DNA of 63,153 nucleotides, filler included, from Phoronis australis (Eukaryota; Animalia; Phoronida): the NCBI GenBank assembly GCA_002633005.1. It is 5 parts of 5 records of this genome, joined end to end, with 100 filler letters (N's around TTAATTAATTAA, not from the genome) between each part and the next. Parts side by side here need not be neighbours in the genome. Positions count along the whole stretch, not along the records: positions 26,874 to 51,066 come from NMRA01001298.1; positions 51,167 to 54,553 come from NMRA01003048.1; positions 54,654 to 59,962 come from NMRA01001010.1; positions 60,063 to 63,153 come from NMRA01002193.1; 1 more part is not named here. The stretch is one strand, 5' to 3'. Below the pieces are notes generated by a model, which was given only the letters and a program-made list of their open reading frames with translations, did not search any database and had not been told where the DNA came from. Positions 50,770 to 62,008 of this stretch are shown here, piece by piece. The position numbers were made by a program, and so were the translations under genes. How positions within the stretch are numbered: the first letter of the stretch is position 1; each line of letters begins with the position of its first letter.

Positions 50770-51066
50770 AATGGTGACGACGACGCCCATGGTCATGGTC
50801 GTGGTAATAGTCGTTGTGAAGCTAATGATGGTGATGATGATGTCGATGACGACGAGGAGGATGATGATGATAGCGGTGATTATTATTTTGATGAGAAGGA
50901 GGAGGATGACGAAGCTGTAGCAGCGGCGGCGGTGATGTTTTTAATGATGATGATGATGGTGATGGTGTTGATGATGATGATGACGATAAGCCGAACGTGA
51001 TATTGGCAGTAGTCGTTGGAATGGTAGTGGAACGGTGGAAGTAGTACTAGCAGTAGTAGTGGTAGT
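50770..51066. repeat. Compound trinucleotide low-complexity tract (GAT/GGT/GAC/GTA)
   Basis: Directly visible; runs into an assembly gap. Confidence 0.9.
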
Positions 51067-52321
51067 NNNNNNNNNNNNNNNNNNNNNNNNNNNNNNNNNN
51101 NNNNNNNNNNTTAATTAATTAANNNNNNNNNNNNNNNNNNNNNNNNNNNNNNNNNNNNNNNNNNNNTTGGCTGTCCTCTGATGAATCCTTTCATGGAGCA
51201 GACAATTTGGTAATGGGAAAGATACGCATACAATATTTTCCTGGCATTTGATTGGCTGTTCTGATCATTTTGCACTGACACCTGTTGGCTAACATATTAA
51301 TTTAGGCTAAATTTTTTCCAACTTTTAAATTAAAATTATTACTAAGCATGCAAGTGTATTCTTGGGAACTTTTTTGAAATTGACTTTTGAACATCTGTAG
51401 ATGGGTTTAATGCAAAGTTCCCATTGTCCCCCAAAAGTAGCCACGGAATGTGAAAGATAGGAGAGCTGGGACTTGGCCTGGTATCAAAGTAAGCCTGAAA
51501 TGCATTGAACAATGTTCATGGTATCAAATCAAACCTGGCAATTAGTAGTTCAATTATTATGACGCCTTTAATTAGTGTCTGGCATTGTTATATGAGCTGC
51601 AGCTGTTAATTTCTTTTCGGTTGTTACTTTCTGATGCACGTAGCTATTAGCTAATGACTGTTAAAACACTTATCTGCCATTTGAATTTTTGCATCATTCT
51701 CAGGTCTGTGGCTCTTAGAAACACACTGTGAAAAACCAGTCATGTTCGATTTTGCTGTTTTGGAGAAATTGAAATTATAATTGTGATTTGCAGTTCTGTT
51801 TGTTATGAATTTGAAAGTAATGAAAATGTGGCTATTGTTCAACTCTTGTGACATTGGTCACTTCAGTTATTAAGGATTCCCAATCCATGTGTCTTTGTCC
51901 CCATTATAAAAACTTCGGCCTTATGAAACTCCATCGCAACTCCCCATACCTTTCCCACTGACTCCTCTCTGGTAGTGACATTGGAGATGCCACTAGTTCT
52001 AGCGACTGAACACCAGGTGGTGTCGTTGATTTGCTTTTTCGATTGAATACGTGCGTTGCATGTGGCGACCCCCCATGGAAGTGGACTTGACCTTTCCCAC
52101 TTGAGTAGGGTTGCACAACTCAGCAATTTAATTCACCTACTTTGATAAGGGTTGCAATGGCTGTTTATGTCTGTGAGCGTTTTCCCACTGACCGAAACTC
52201 CGCAAAATAGTGGAGTTGTAGTGTAGGTGGGAAAGTGACATTAACGAATGTTTTAGGACTATTATGAATTTTACTGATTCATAACTTTCATTACACCTCT
52301 ATCATGTCATTCTTCCATCAG

Positions 52322-52451
52322 TTTACCAACAGTGACGCGGACAGCTATGACAAAAACATGGCGCACAACACTGGCACAGGGAGTAGTGGTTACCATAGCG
52401 ACTCTGGCGGCGCATTCAATTCTCATGGTGCTTTAAGCAAGCCCTCTTCTG
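52322..52451 (+). CDS. Possible isolated internal exon (Ser/Gly/His-rich, unknown gene)
   Basis: ttcttccatcag|TTT...TCT G|GTACGA; open frame FTNSDADSYDKNMAHNTGTGSSGYHSDSGGAFNSHGALSKPSS. No partner exons were confirmed. Confidence 0.3.
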
Positions 52452-52596
52452 GTACGATCGAGTTCTTATCCTTCATAAATAAAGTTGACTTAAAATGAAT
52501 TAGTATCGAGGTGCTGATTTTTGCCTAGGTCTGGTTAAATCAGTTATAACAGTGTTAACTTGCGATGAACAGTTGTATCAGTTATAATAGTGTTAA

Positions 52597-54191
52597 AGGC
52601 GAAGGCAACCTTTTTCCATGTCATTTTGAGCTAAAATAAGGTTGGTTGGTTATCCTAGACATATTTTTCACTTAATTACAGCTTTTCGTAATTTTATTAA
52701 TTATTCGTCCGCTTTTCCGGAAGTGACGTTTTAGGAGGCAAGCGCTTCCCGCCAATTTCTTTTCACATAGTCTGACTGTGAGAGCTGCCGAGTGAGTCAT
52801 TGTTCTATCTCGGTTGTGTTAAGTTCCGTCGTCGTTCGCTTTCATTTACTAGTCAGTCAACATGCCACACATTCGTAATTTAATTAATTTCTCGTCCTCT
52901 ACTCCGGAAGTGACGTTTTAGGAGGCAAGAATTTCGCGCCAATTTCTTTTCATACAGTCAGACTGTGAGAGCTGTCAAGTCAGTCATTGTTCTACCTCGG
53001 ATGTGACAAGTTAGGTCGTCGTTTGCTTTTGTTTACGAGTCAGTCAACGTGCCGCACTGTTGCTGTGTACCAGAATGTACTCATTATCGTCTAACGCGCG
53101 CTTTGGGTGCCTTGCATCGCTTTCCGAAGGATGACACACTTCGCCGTACTTGGCTAGTTCGTTCGTGTGAAGAACGCAGCGCTACCCTTTCACGCAACGT
53201 ACAAATCAGTGGCAAGCATTTTCAGCCGTCAGATTACGACTGAGAGATATGTACTCTGAATTGATGAAGGTCCCTGCGAAACAACGCCTTAAGAAGGGTT
53301 CCATACCGTCGCTGTTGATTCCCGGCAGTGCCCCGTCGCCACCCCCGAGAAGCCTCGCGAGCTATAGCCACTATAAACAGTGACTGGGGGCACTTCATCT
53401 ATTGTCACCCATGCCTCCGAACGTACCCCATAGCGTGCAATTCCAGGAACTAGCAGTGTGCTGTTGTCTCTAGCCCAGAGCCTGTAAGCAGCCCTGCAGC
53501 GATGTTAAGTAGAGGGAGTGAATACAGGCGAGCGTTCAGTAGTCGCTAGGATCTACGCTAGGACCTAGCTAAAGCGTAGTCAGTCACGTGTTCTCATTTA
53601 AAATGCACGGCAATATTTCACGTAATCTCGCGAAGTTTTGCTTTTTAGCGAGGTCCTAGCGTTACTGAACGGGAGGCAGGCCCAGCTTGGCACCTAGTGA
53701 AAAGGACAGTTCGTCACCCAATGAACAGATCGGTGAGCCTAAGCTAGTTTGATAAGTTTATTGTGGACTTGTATTGGGGCTGTCTANAGAAGGTGCCACG
53801 TGTGTGACGAGGGAGTCGCACGGCGGGATGTAAGCAGTTTCGGTGCTCAAGTCACCATCCACTAGGAGTGTGTCGCGGGACACTCGGGCAAGTGGGACAG
53901 TACTTCTCGGTAGGCAGCAACAGCGTGGCATGTTGACTGACTCGTAAACAAAAGCAAACGACCACCGAACTTATCACAACCGAGGTAGAACAATGACCGA
54001 CTCGACTGCTCTCACAATCTGTATGAAAAGAAATTGGCGCGAAATTCTTGCCTCCCAAAACGTCACTTCCGGAGTAGACGACGAGTAATTGATTAAATTA
54101 CGAAAAGCTGTAAATAAGTGAAAAATATGTCTGGGATAATCAACGAACCCTATTTTTGCTAAAAATGACATGAAAAAGGTTGCCTTCGCCT
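52597..54191 (+). mobile_element. Kolobok-like DNA transposon derivative with long TIRs, TTAA TSD and THAP-domain remnant
   Basis: TTAA|AGGCGAAGGCAACCTTTTT...AAAAAGGTTGCCTTCGCCT|TTAA, with inverted similarity over roughly 250 bp. 53049-53315 encodes MPHCCCVPEC...HRFPKD....W...KHF...RLKKGSIPSL (THAP signature, with a stop). The left TIR has an internal ~187-bp tandem duplication. Confidence 0.88.
53533..53671. mobile_element. Small TIR element nested in the Kolobok-like element
   Basis: cgttcagtagtcgctagga...tcctagcgttactgaacg are inverted ends. Confidence 0.6.
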
Positions 54192-54653
54192 TTAACCTTC
54201 TTTACAGTACTGTAGGTGAGGGTTTGAAACACAGAATTTACAAATTTCGTAACGAATGCCCGTTTTAAGATGAACCCTACCATTTCTCAATTATTAAGGA
54301 CAACTTCATCTAAGTGACTAAAGTTATTCCAGGTCATTTTAAGCAATTGCTTACTTGATAAAATAAATTTCTTTTCCAGTGTTGACAATTGCAAATTGTA
54401 ATTTTTAAGATGTTCACTCGTAACGATAAAAATGCTTGAAATTCATAGACAAAAACATTAATAAATTTCTTAAACATTGCCCAATTTTGAGGATTTTTTT
54501 AATTTGCACAACTAAATAACTCTTTGCATAGGAGATTCAGTTTGCATTTGGTANNNNNNNNNNNNNNNNNNNNNNNNNNNNNNNNNNNNNNNNNNNNTTA
54601 ATTAATTAANNNNNNNNNNNNNNNNNNNNNNNNNNNNNNNNNNNNNNNNNNNN

Positions 54654-54815
54654 CCGTTCGGGATATCCTCTGCCCCCGGCCTGTTTCAGCGTACCATGGA
54701 ACAGGTAGTGCGAGGTATTCCTATGTGCATTGTGTATCTAGACGACATTTTGGTGGCTGGTCGTAACGCGGCTGAGCATAAAGCCAACTTGGTACAGGTT
54801 TTGGAACGCCTGAAG
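54654..54815 (+). mobile_element. Gypsy reverse transcriptase fragment
   Basis: PFGISSAPGLFQRTMEQVVRGIPMCIVYLDDILVAG..EHKANLVQVLERL (YLDD motif). Confidence 0.9.
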
Positions 54816-54915
54816 AATGACACGGGTCCTCGTTGTTCTATGATCATGCCAGGGACCCAGATGGGTGAGCCTGCGAAGTTTCTCACAAGTACCGTATCTC
54901 CGGCGCAAAAGTCGT
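54816..54915 (-). mobile_element. Gypsy integrase C-terminal fragment, inverted
   Basis: FCAGDTVLVRNFAGSPIWVPGMIIEQRGPVSF matches the G-D-x-V-x-V-R...W..G.I....GP.S(Y/F) integrase tail. Confidence 0.75.
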
Positions 54916-55250
54916 AAAAAATCATAGAAGAAAAACTGTGACCAGTCAACAGTAAATGCATCCACACATTTAGCCATAGGCTGAGGCTTCCATGAGACAA
55001 AATTCTTAACTTGAGCATGAAGGCTACTAGCATAGACATCTATGCCTGGGTTCCCAAATACAGAAACAATAATGTTAAAATACTGCTCGAGAGCATCCCG
55101 CACTCGAGATTGCTGGAGAGCTGGCCAGACTCAACATTGCTAGACCCCAGAACATGGGCAGCCGATAACCAAATATTCCTGATTGGAAAACGGACAATTG
55201 CCGCACAAATAAAAAAGGTCATGTTAACTCAACGTTTCGTCTATTCAACA
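54916..55250 (-). mobile_element. DIRS-type retroelement fragment (RNase H end and following domain)
   Basis: NIWLSAAHVLGSSNVESGQLS, then (frameshifted) GNPGIDVYASSLHAQVKNFVSWKPQPMAKCVDAFTVDWS. These match the H-I-P-G..N..AD.LS and D-L-F-A-S...S-W-x-P...DAF...W motifs of DIRS pol. Confidence 0.8.
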
Positions 55251-56212
55251 AGATGATCAGGATATGTACAGATGGACAACAAGTGTCGATTACCATTCAA
55301 GTCACATCCATGTGGTGAAATGAGAGTAAGAGATACAGGCGGGGAAAATAAGCGGATCATCACCATAGTTGCAGGGTCACTGAGCTGTTAGTACATTTTA
55401 CGGCGCATGAAAGCACAGAAAACTTCCGGGTATCGACTAACTTGAAGGTGGTTAAAAATCGAAGCTTGTTTACCCTTTCAATAGTAACCAGGGCTCGACA
55501 TAACGAGCTGCAAGTCGCATTTGCGACCTGAAATTTGGAAACGCTAGCTGAGATATTTGTCAGCTCGTATCAAGTCGCAAAATGCGACCTGGAATTTTCA
55601 ACGTATGCGAGTTTTAACACTTCTCGGCAGATACCAGGCAAATATAAAGCAACTCTAGTTCATCCCACCGTTATTTGGTTGTTGCCAAATCCTAGTTCAA
55701 AAAAACACTAACCGAGAACAGACCTCCCGATGACTTGTAAGCAAGTCGCGTGACCATGGGATATGCAGAATCGATCTTTGACGCATATCATTGTCTAACA
55801 TTTTCGGCCACTTTTGCAAATTTCAGGATTCGCCGAAGAAAGTTTCGAGCCACTGCATAACTCGTGATAAAACGTCACAAAACAGCTGTGTTTCTACTAA
55901 TTCTTAAGCGGTCAACTTACCAAACTTTGTGATGGACAACTAGGTTTATTTTTCGCGTAAGATGTCCTTATTACATGTACCAAATATCCACCACAATATC
56001 CCTGATATCGCACTGCGGCACTGGTAGGTCCCGTTGTTAGCGCGCAAGCGGTCCCTGCAAACAATCGTGATTTAGAGATGTGCGTCTACTTTTTATCGCA
56101 TAAGACAGTCAAAGTGAAAATAACAACCATATTAATCGCTAAACGACGGCCACGTCTTTACTTTCAGTTGCCAAGAAATACTCAAACCCCTTCAGTTGTT
56201 TCTTGGGCTATG

Positions 56213-59200
56213 TGTAGTATAAGTGACTTTGTTATTACGGACACACACGGACGACCATCTTACGATTATAGATCGACGTAGTTTCAGTGTTCCCAATAAA
56301 CCTTGTTTATTCTTATTATTCTACATGGTGGCAGCTTTTTAACTACACGATGGAACTCATTAAGCCTCCTAGCGAAGATCTAGACCTCAATTCAGGCAAT
56401 GTCTCTGAAAACTGGAGGAGATTTCGGCAAAAGTTTGAAGTGTATCTCGTGGCGAGTGGGGCCACTGATTTCTCCGACGAACGGAAGGTGGCGCTATTCT
56501 TACATTGCGTTGGAGACGACGCATTGGCGTTGTATAACACTATCAGTTTTGAAAATGAAGAGGCCTCCAAAAACTTGGATATTGTCCTGACCAAGTTTGA
56601 AGAATTTTGTTCACCAAGAAAAAATGTTACATATGAACGTTACAAATTCCACAGCAGAAAACAAATGGAGGGAGAAACCATCAAAAATTTTGTGACACAC
56701 TTGCGCACACTGGCGCAAACGTGTGAGTTCGGGGAACTTGAAAAATCTTTGATAAAAGATCAGCTCGTTCTCGGTGTCCGTGATGATGGGTTGCGCGCTA
56801 AACTGCTGCGCCAGGGCGGGCAGGCGGACGGTCTTTCTCTCGAAGCGGCGTTAGACTCGTGTCACGCGGCAGAAGCCTCGGGTATGCAGTTTCGCGAAAT
56901 TACAGCCACAGTGGGGGATTCGACATCGGTAGGTGCGGTAAACGAAATCTCAAAGTGCTCTCGGTGCGGTAAAACGGCACACGGGACTGGTGAGAGATGT
57001 CCTGCGCGATCGTCGGAATGTCGGAAATGTAAGCGGCGGGGCCACTGGGCTGTTGCATGTAAAACTCACCTCCAACAAGAAGGGGTGAAAGAAGTCTCTA
57101 CCGGACTGGGTAATGGGAAACACGAGGAAATGCCTCGAGAGTTCTTAGGTGAAATAACGCCAGGTGAAAACGACATTGTAAAACCCCTTCGCGTATTCAC
57201 CCAGGGAGGTTTTGACAAAACGTTTGAATTTAAACTAGACACTGGTGCGGGCGTAACGGTATTGCCGTGTGCGGGTGGCCCGTGGCCAAAACTCAATCAG
57301 TCTCAGAAACGGTTGTTTGCGACTGGAAATATCGAATTGGATGTTCCGGGTTGCTTTGACGCCACAGTTCAATACAAGGATAAAACTTTGCGTGAAACCG
57401 TGTACGTTGTTACCGGACAGGCCACCGGTTTGTTGTCTCGGAGGCTATCAATAGGACTGGGGTTGATCAAGGTAGTCGATTCTGTTGATGACGGTCCCCG
57501 GAATATTGCCGACGGCTCTCTAGGTCGGTTAAAAGGACGTCAGTACAGCATTAAATTAGACGATAAGCACGAGCCCCACGCTATTTTCACGGCTCGTCCG
57601 GTACCGATTCCGCTTCGTCCGGTCGTCGAAGCTGAACTTCGACGTATGGAATCGATAGGCGTAATACGGCCCATAGAGGAACCCACCGACTGGGTGTCAC
57701 CTATGGTTGTGGTCCCAAAAGAGGACGGAAAGGTTAGAATTTGTTCTGACATGACGAAACTAAACGCAGCGGTCAAAAGGGAGGTATTTCCGATGGCGAA
57801 TGTCGAGGACAGTTTAGCCCAGCTTAGTAAAGGCCGCGTGTTCTCGAAACTGGATGCAAATAGCGGGTTTTGGCAAATTGAACTCGCACCGGAGTCGCAA
57901 AAACTCACAACCTTTCTCTCGCCATTCGGTAGATATTGCTATTGCCGTTTGCCTTTCGGTCTGGCTAGCGCACCGGAGGTTTTTTACCGCGAAATGTCCT
58001 CCGTGTTGGAGGTGTTGTCAGGCGTAGTGGTTCATATGGACGACATTCTTGTTTATGGCGCGTCAATGGAAGAACACGATATACGCTTGTCTGCAGTGCT
58101 AAAAAGAAACGAACATTCTGGACTTACACTGAATCCAGAGAAATGCGTTTACCGCCAAACGGAAGTCAAGTTTCTGGGGAATATTATTGACTATGAGGAT
58201 ATTCGGCCAGACCCTAAAGCTATTGACAGTATAGTTAAAATACCCGAACCCAAGAACGTCAAGGAACTTCAAAGTTTCCTGGGGGCCATTAATCAGTACG
58301 GAAAGTTTTCCCCTAAGTTTGCTGAACTTGCTGGCCCGTTGCACGCTTTGCTGCGCAAAGATTCTGTGTGGCGTTGGGACTGTGCCCAAACGGAGGCATT
58401 TGCATCGGTCAAACAAGAATNTGCCCCGTTGCGCGCTTTGCTGCGCAAAGATTCTGTGTGGCGTTGGGACTGTGCCCAAATGGAGGCATTTGCATCGGTC
58501 AAACAAGAATTGAGCAAGCCCCACGTACTTGCCCAGTTCGATGTTTCACTCAAAACTATCGTTACTGCGGACGCTAGCCTTCATGGCCTGGGAGCAACTC
58601 TCTCGCAGGTATAGCCGGACGGTACGCGTCGCTTAGTTGCAGCGGCATCGAGATTGCTTTCGCAGACTGAGTCGAATTATACATGTATTGAGCGTGAATG
58701 CCTTGCTCTGACATGGGCGTGTGATCGTTACCGGAACTATATTGTGGGGTTGAAAGTGATTCTCGAGACTGATCATAAACCCTTGATTCCCATCCTCTCA
58801 ACTAAAGATGTCAACAATCTGACTCCCCGGTTACAAAGACTACGCTTAAGGCTAATGCGATTTGATTTTGAAGTATTGCATCTTCCCAGCAAAGACAACT
58901 TATAATCGCGGACATGCTGTCGAGAAACCCCAGCTCCGAGGACCGGGATGAAGTGCTCGAATTAAGCACCGAACTGTTCGCGAAAGTAGCGGTACAAAAC
59001 TTACCTGCTACAAGCAGGAGGCTAGAGGAAATTAAGCATGCATAAGCATTGGATGAGGTGTGTCAAAAGGTCGCATCGTTTTGCAAAACGTCTTGGCCAA
59101 AATATTTGTCGTCTCAAGAAAGTATATTGAAGCCGTACTGGGATGTTCAGCACGAGTTGACTTTGGTCGATGGACTGCTTATGAAGGGTCATTGCATCGT

Positions 59201-59962
59201 GATTCCTACCTGTGAAAGATTAGATGTCTTACAACGTATCCATGTCGGTCATCTCGGTATCACGAAATGTCGTGAGCGTGCCAAAGCCTGTGTATGGTGG
59301 CCTGGCATGTCATTGGCTATCGAGGACATGGTTAAGGCGTGTCGTCGCTGCTGTGAGCAATGTGTCAAAAGGTCGCATCGTTTTGCAAAACGTCTTGGCC
59401 AAAATATTTGTCGTCTCAAGAAAGTATCTTGAAGCCGCGAGCCACTCCAGACGACGGAATGGCCCGATGGACTATGGCAAACGCTAGGTACAGATTTGTT
59501 TGAATACAAAGGCTCACAGTATCTATTGGTGGTAGACTATTATTTGCGGTACCCTGAGATAGCCAAACATCCAGCTGTGTGATTAACCACATGAAGTCAA
59601 TTTTCGCAAGGCATGGAATTCCGTTCGTGGTTCGGTCGGACAATGGGCCCTGCTATGCTTCCACAGAGTTCGCTAACTTTGCAAAGGACTATGATTTCAT
59701 CCTTCTGACGAGTTCCCCAAAGTACCCGCAGGCGAACGGGGAAGCAGAAAGCTTCGTGGAGACTATAAAGGGTCTCTTGCGTAAATGTGACGACCCTTAC
59801 TTGGCCTTATTGTCATATCGAAATACTCCCATAGCGAATGGAGAGTCACCCGCTCGTTTACTTATGAACCGAACTCTTCGAACGATTTTGCCGTCAGTTC
59901 CTGATGCTAGACCAGTCGAACTCGATCGTGACTCCCTGCGGATAAAGGAACACGACTACAAA
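56213..59962 (+). mobile_element. Gypsy (Mag-like) LTR retrotransposon, single gag-pol frame, inactivated; 3' end in gap
   Basis: Short LTR (TG...AATAAA...CA at 56325) then PBS TGGTGGCAGC (tRNA-Leu type). ATG 56350 opens gag with two Zn knuckles, protease LDTGA, RT HMDD, RNase H (ADAS, ETDHKPL) and integrase (H..H..C..C, SDNGP, NGEAE). Stops at 58612, 58902 and 59043, with frameshifts. LTR start is approximate. Confidence 0.95.
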
Positions 59963-60062
59963 NNNNNNNNNNNNNNNNNNNNNNNNNNNNNNNNNNNNNN
60001 NNNNNNTTAATTAATTAANNNNNNNNNNNNNNNNNNNNNNNNNNNNNNNNNNNNNNNNNNNN

Positions 60063-60207
60063 CAGTACTGCTTCAAATGGTGTAGCAGATCATATCAATG
60101 AAGGTGAGCTGGAAGTATCAATGGGTGGGGCTAATTATTTATTGACATCAGACAGTGCAACAGATTTGACTCAGTACTGCTTCAAATGGTGTAGCAGATC
60201 ATATCAA
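60063..60207. repeat. End of a ~110-bp-period tandem repeat next to a gap
   Basis: cagtactgcttcaaatggtgtagcagatcatatcaa occurs at 60063 and again at ~60173. Confidence 0.75.
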
Positions 60208-60783
60208 AGAAAGTGAGCTAAAAAATATGAATGAATGTAGCTGAGCACTGATCTGATATCAAAGTCAGAATGGATGTTGTTAAGAATTTCCATGCACCAT
60301 TCAAAATGTGTTAGACAACAGTAAGGAAATACATTAAAAATATCAAGGGGTGTGGCTAAGTATTGATTGGCATGAAACGAATCAACAGCCAACAACTGAC
60401 CATATCACGATACATGAAACATAAACACCAAATGAGAAACAGTTAGCAACTAAGGGATTGTAAAAATCAAAGCGCTTTTTTCTAACATCTCAAACAGAAA
60501 TGAAGATGTAAATCAAATGATCAGCTGTCATATCAACTACATGGTAGACATTCTTCAATTCAAGGCATATGATGGAATTTTAAATTTCGCTTATCAAAAA
60601 TGCAAGTTGAGGAAAACCCTATTTCACCACTAACATGGTTGGTTTTATATTAATTTACTTCGTAAAACAAAACTTTGGTAAAATTGTGCACATTTTAACA
60701 TTGAATACAATCAGCCTTGAAAAAATGGAAAACTGCAATTTTATGAACTTGAAGAGAACAATACTTTATTAAAATCAACATAC

Positions 60784-60912
60784 CACAATAATCACTAGTA
60801 TAACAACGTTCTTTTTATCTCCAAAGTAATCTTTATTTGTCTGGAATCTGGATGCATGCAGTGCTCTGAAGAGGAAGAAGCCCAAACACAAGCCCTCAAC
60901 TAGCATGGTAGC
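60784..60912 (-). CDS. TPCN3: Two-pore channel (TPC3-like) exon, domain I S2 to start of S3
   Basis: ccattccag|GCT...GTG|GTATGT, phase 0/0, compatible with the previous exon. Translation ATMLVEGLCLGFFLFRALHASRFQTNKDYFGDKKNVVILVIIV. Confidence 0.8.
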
Positions 60913-61893
60913 CTGGAATGGAATGGAAATGAAATCACTCAGTACATAAGCCCTCAACTAACATGGAAGCCTGGAACAGACTGGAAATGAAGTCACTCAG
61001 TACATCAAAGTAACCAACATAAGTTGGATACCTGTGTGATTGCATAGAGCACAATCTGAAATTATGTTTAATCCAAGTAAAGCCCCATGCAGCATTATCT
61101 TTGATAACCATTGTTTTGTTTCAAGCATTGGCAGGGTGGAACCCTTCATTTTTGTTTTTAGGGAGAGTTACCTTCCAATTGCACACGATAACACTGCGGA
61201 ATTTAGGGATTGCTTCAACAGGACGATTTATCTTAATTTGTTAACTTGATATGTTCAAGGTCAAAGTTATGAATTCGACTTGACCTAATTAGTGCTGTGT
61301 GGGAGTTTAATTTATTTCTAGCAACTAAAGGTTTTTGAATTGATTGTTAAACTCTGATAACCTAACGGATATAGGACTGATGATTGGAATGACTTGATTT
61401 GGTGAAATCATTTGGTAAACAGACACTTAGTGACTGTGTGACTACACTAGCTGAATAATAACTTAACACTAAGTAAAACATGGCACCAGATATTCACTTT
61501 TCCAAATGGTGACGGCTTCAGAACAATGACTCATGGTCAAAAATTTTGCATAATTATCAAGTTTCACAAATGTGTGGCAACTACTTACGATCAATGGAAG
61601 AGGGATTTTGGAAAGGAAAGGAGAACAAAATCTTTTCACCTCTCCTCTTTGTTAATATAACCCTTCCTGACACCAAGTATCCACCATATCCCTTTCTTGT
61701 TTATGTCAGGTACGACTAGCAATTCTCAACTGAATTAAACGATCTTACCTCAGTCAGTTAAGTCTCAGTTAAGTGTCAAATCCTATCTTCACAATTTTCT
61801 AAGGACAATGAATCTAAACAGTTTTGCTGCTATACACAGAATTTAGTACCACAGAAGACAACAATGTAATGGAAAAATTAAACCGTCACTCAC

Positions 61894-62008
61894 CCAATAA
61901 GGTGAAGTAACCACAGCTGGACGTTCAAAGATGGCCAGAGCCAGGATGACCAGTATCAACAGGTAGAGTGTCCACCTCATCAGGAAGTGATGAAACATTA
62001 TATAGTTC
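61894..62008 (-). CDS. TPCN3: Two-pore channel (TPC3-like) exon, domain I S1 region
   Basis: tttctttag|G...TGG|GTGAGT. Translation NYIMFHHFLMRWTLYLLILVILALAIFERPAVVTSPYW; LA.FE.PAV..P.W is the TPC S1 and S1-S2 loop signature as I recall it for TPC3. Confidence 0.8.

Noticed and set aside
50729-50920. Met/Val-rich hydrophobic ORF (also 21849-22094, 27824-28089, 50324-50581)
   Set aside because: These are translations of microsatellite or low-complexity DNA.
56287-56349. N-terminal extension of the Gypsy ORF
   Set aside because: It overlaps the LTR end and PBS; gag starts at ATG 56350.
58334-58510. 87-bp in-frame tandem duplication in Gypsy pol
   Set aside because: The two copies are joined by a single N, which is typical of overlapping contig or haplotype ends; probably an assembly artefact.
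60775-60957. GPCR-like ORF
   Set aside because: Spliced to 62008-61894 it fits the S1-S3 region of a two-pore channel; the ORF start is intronic duplicate sequence.
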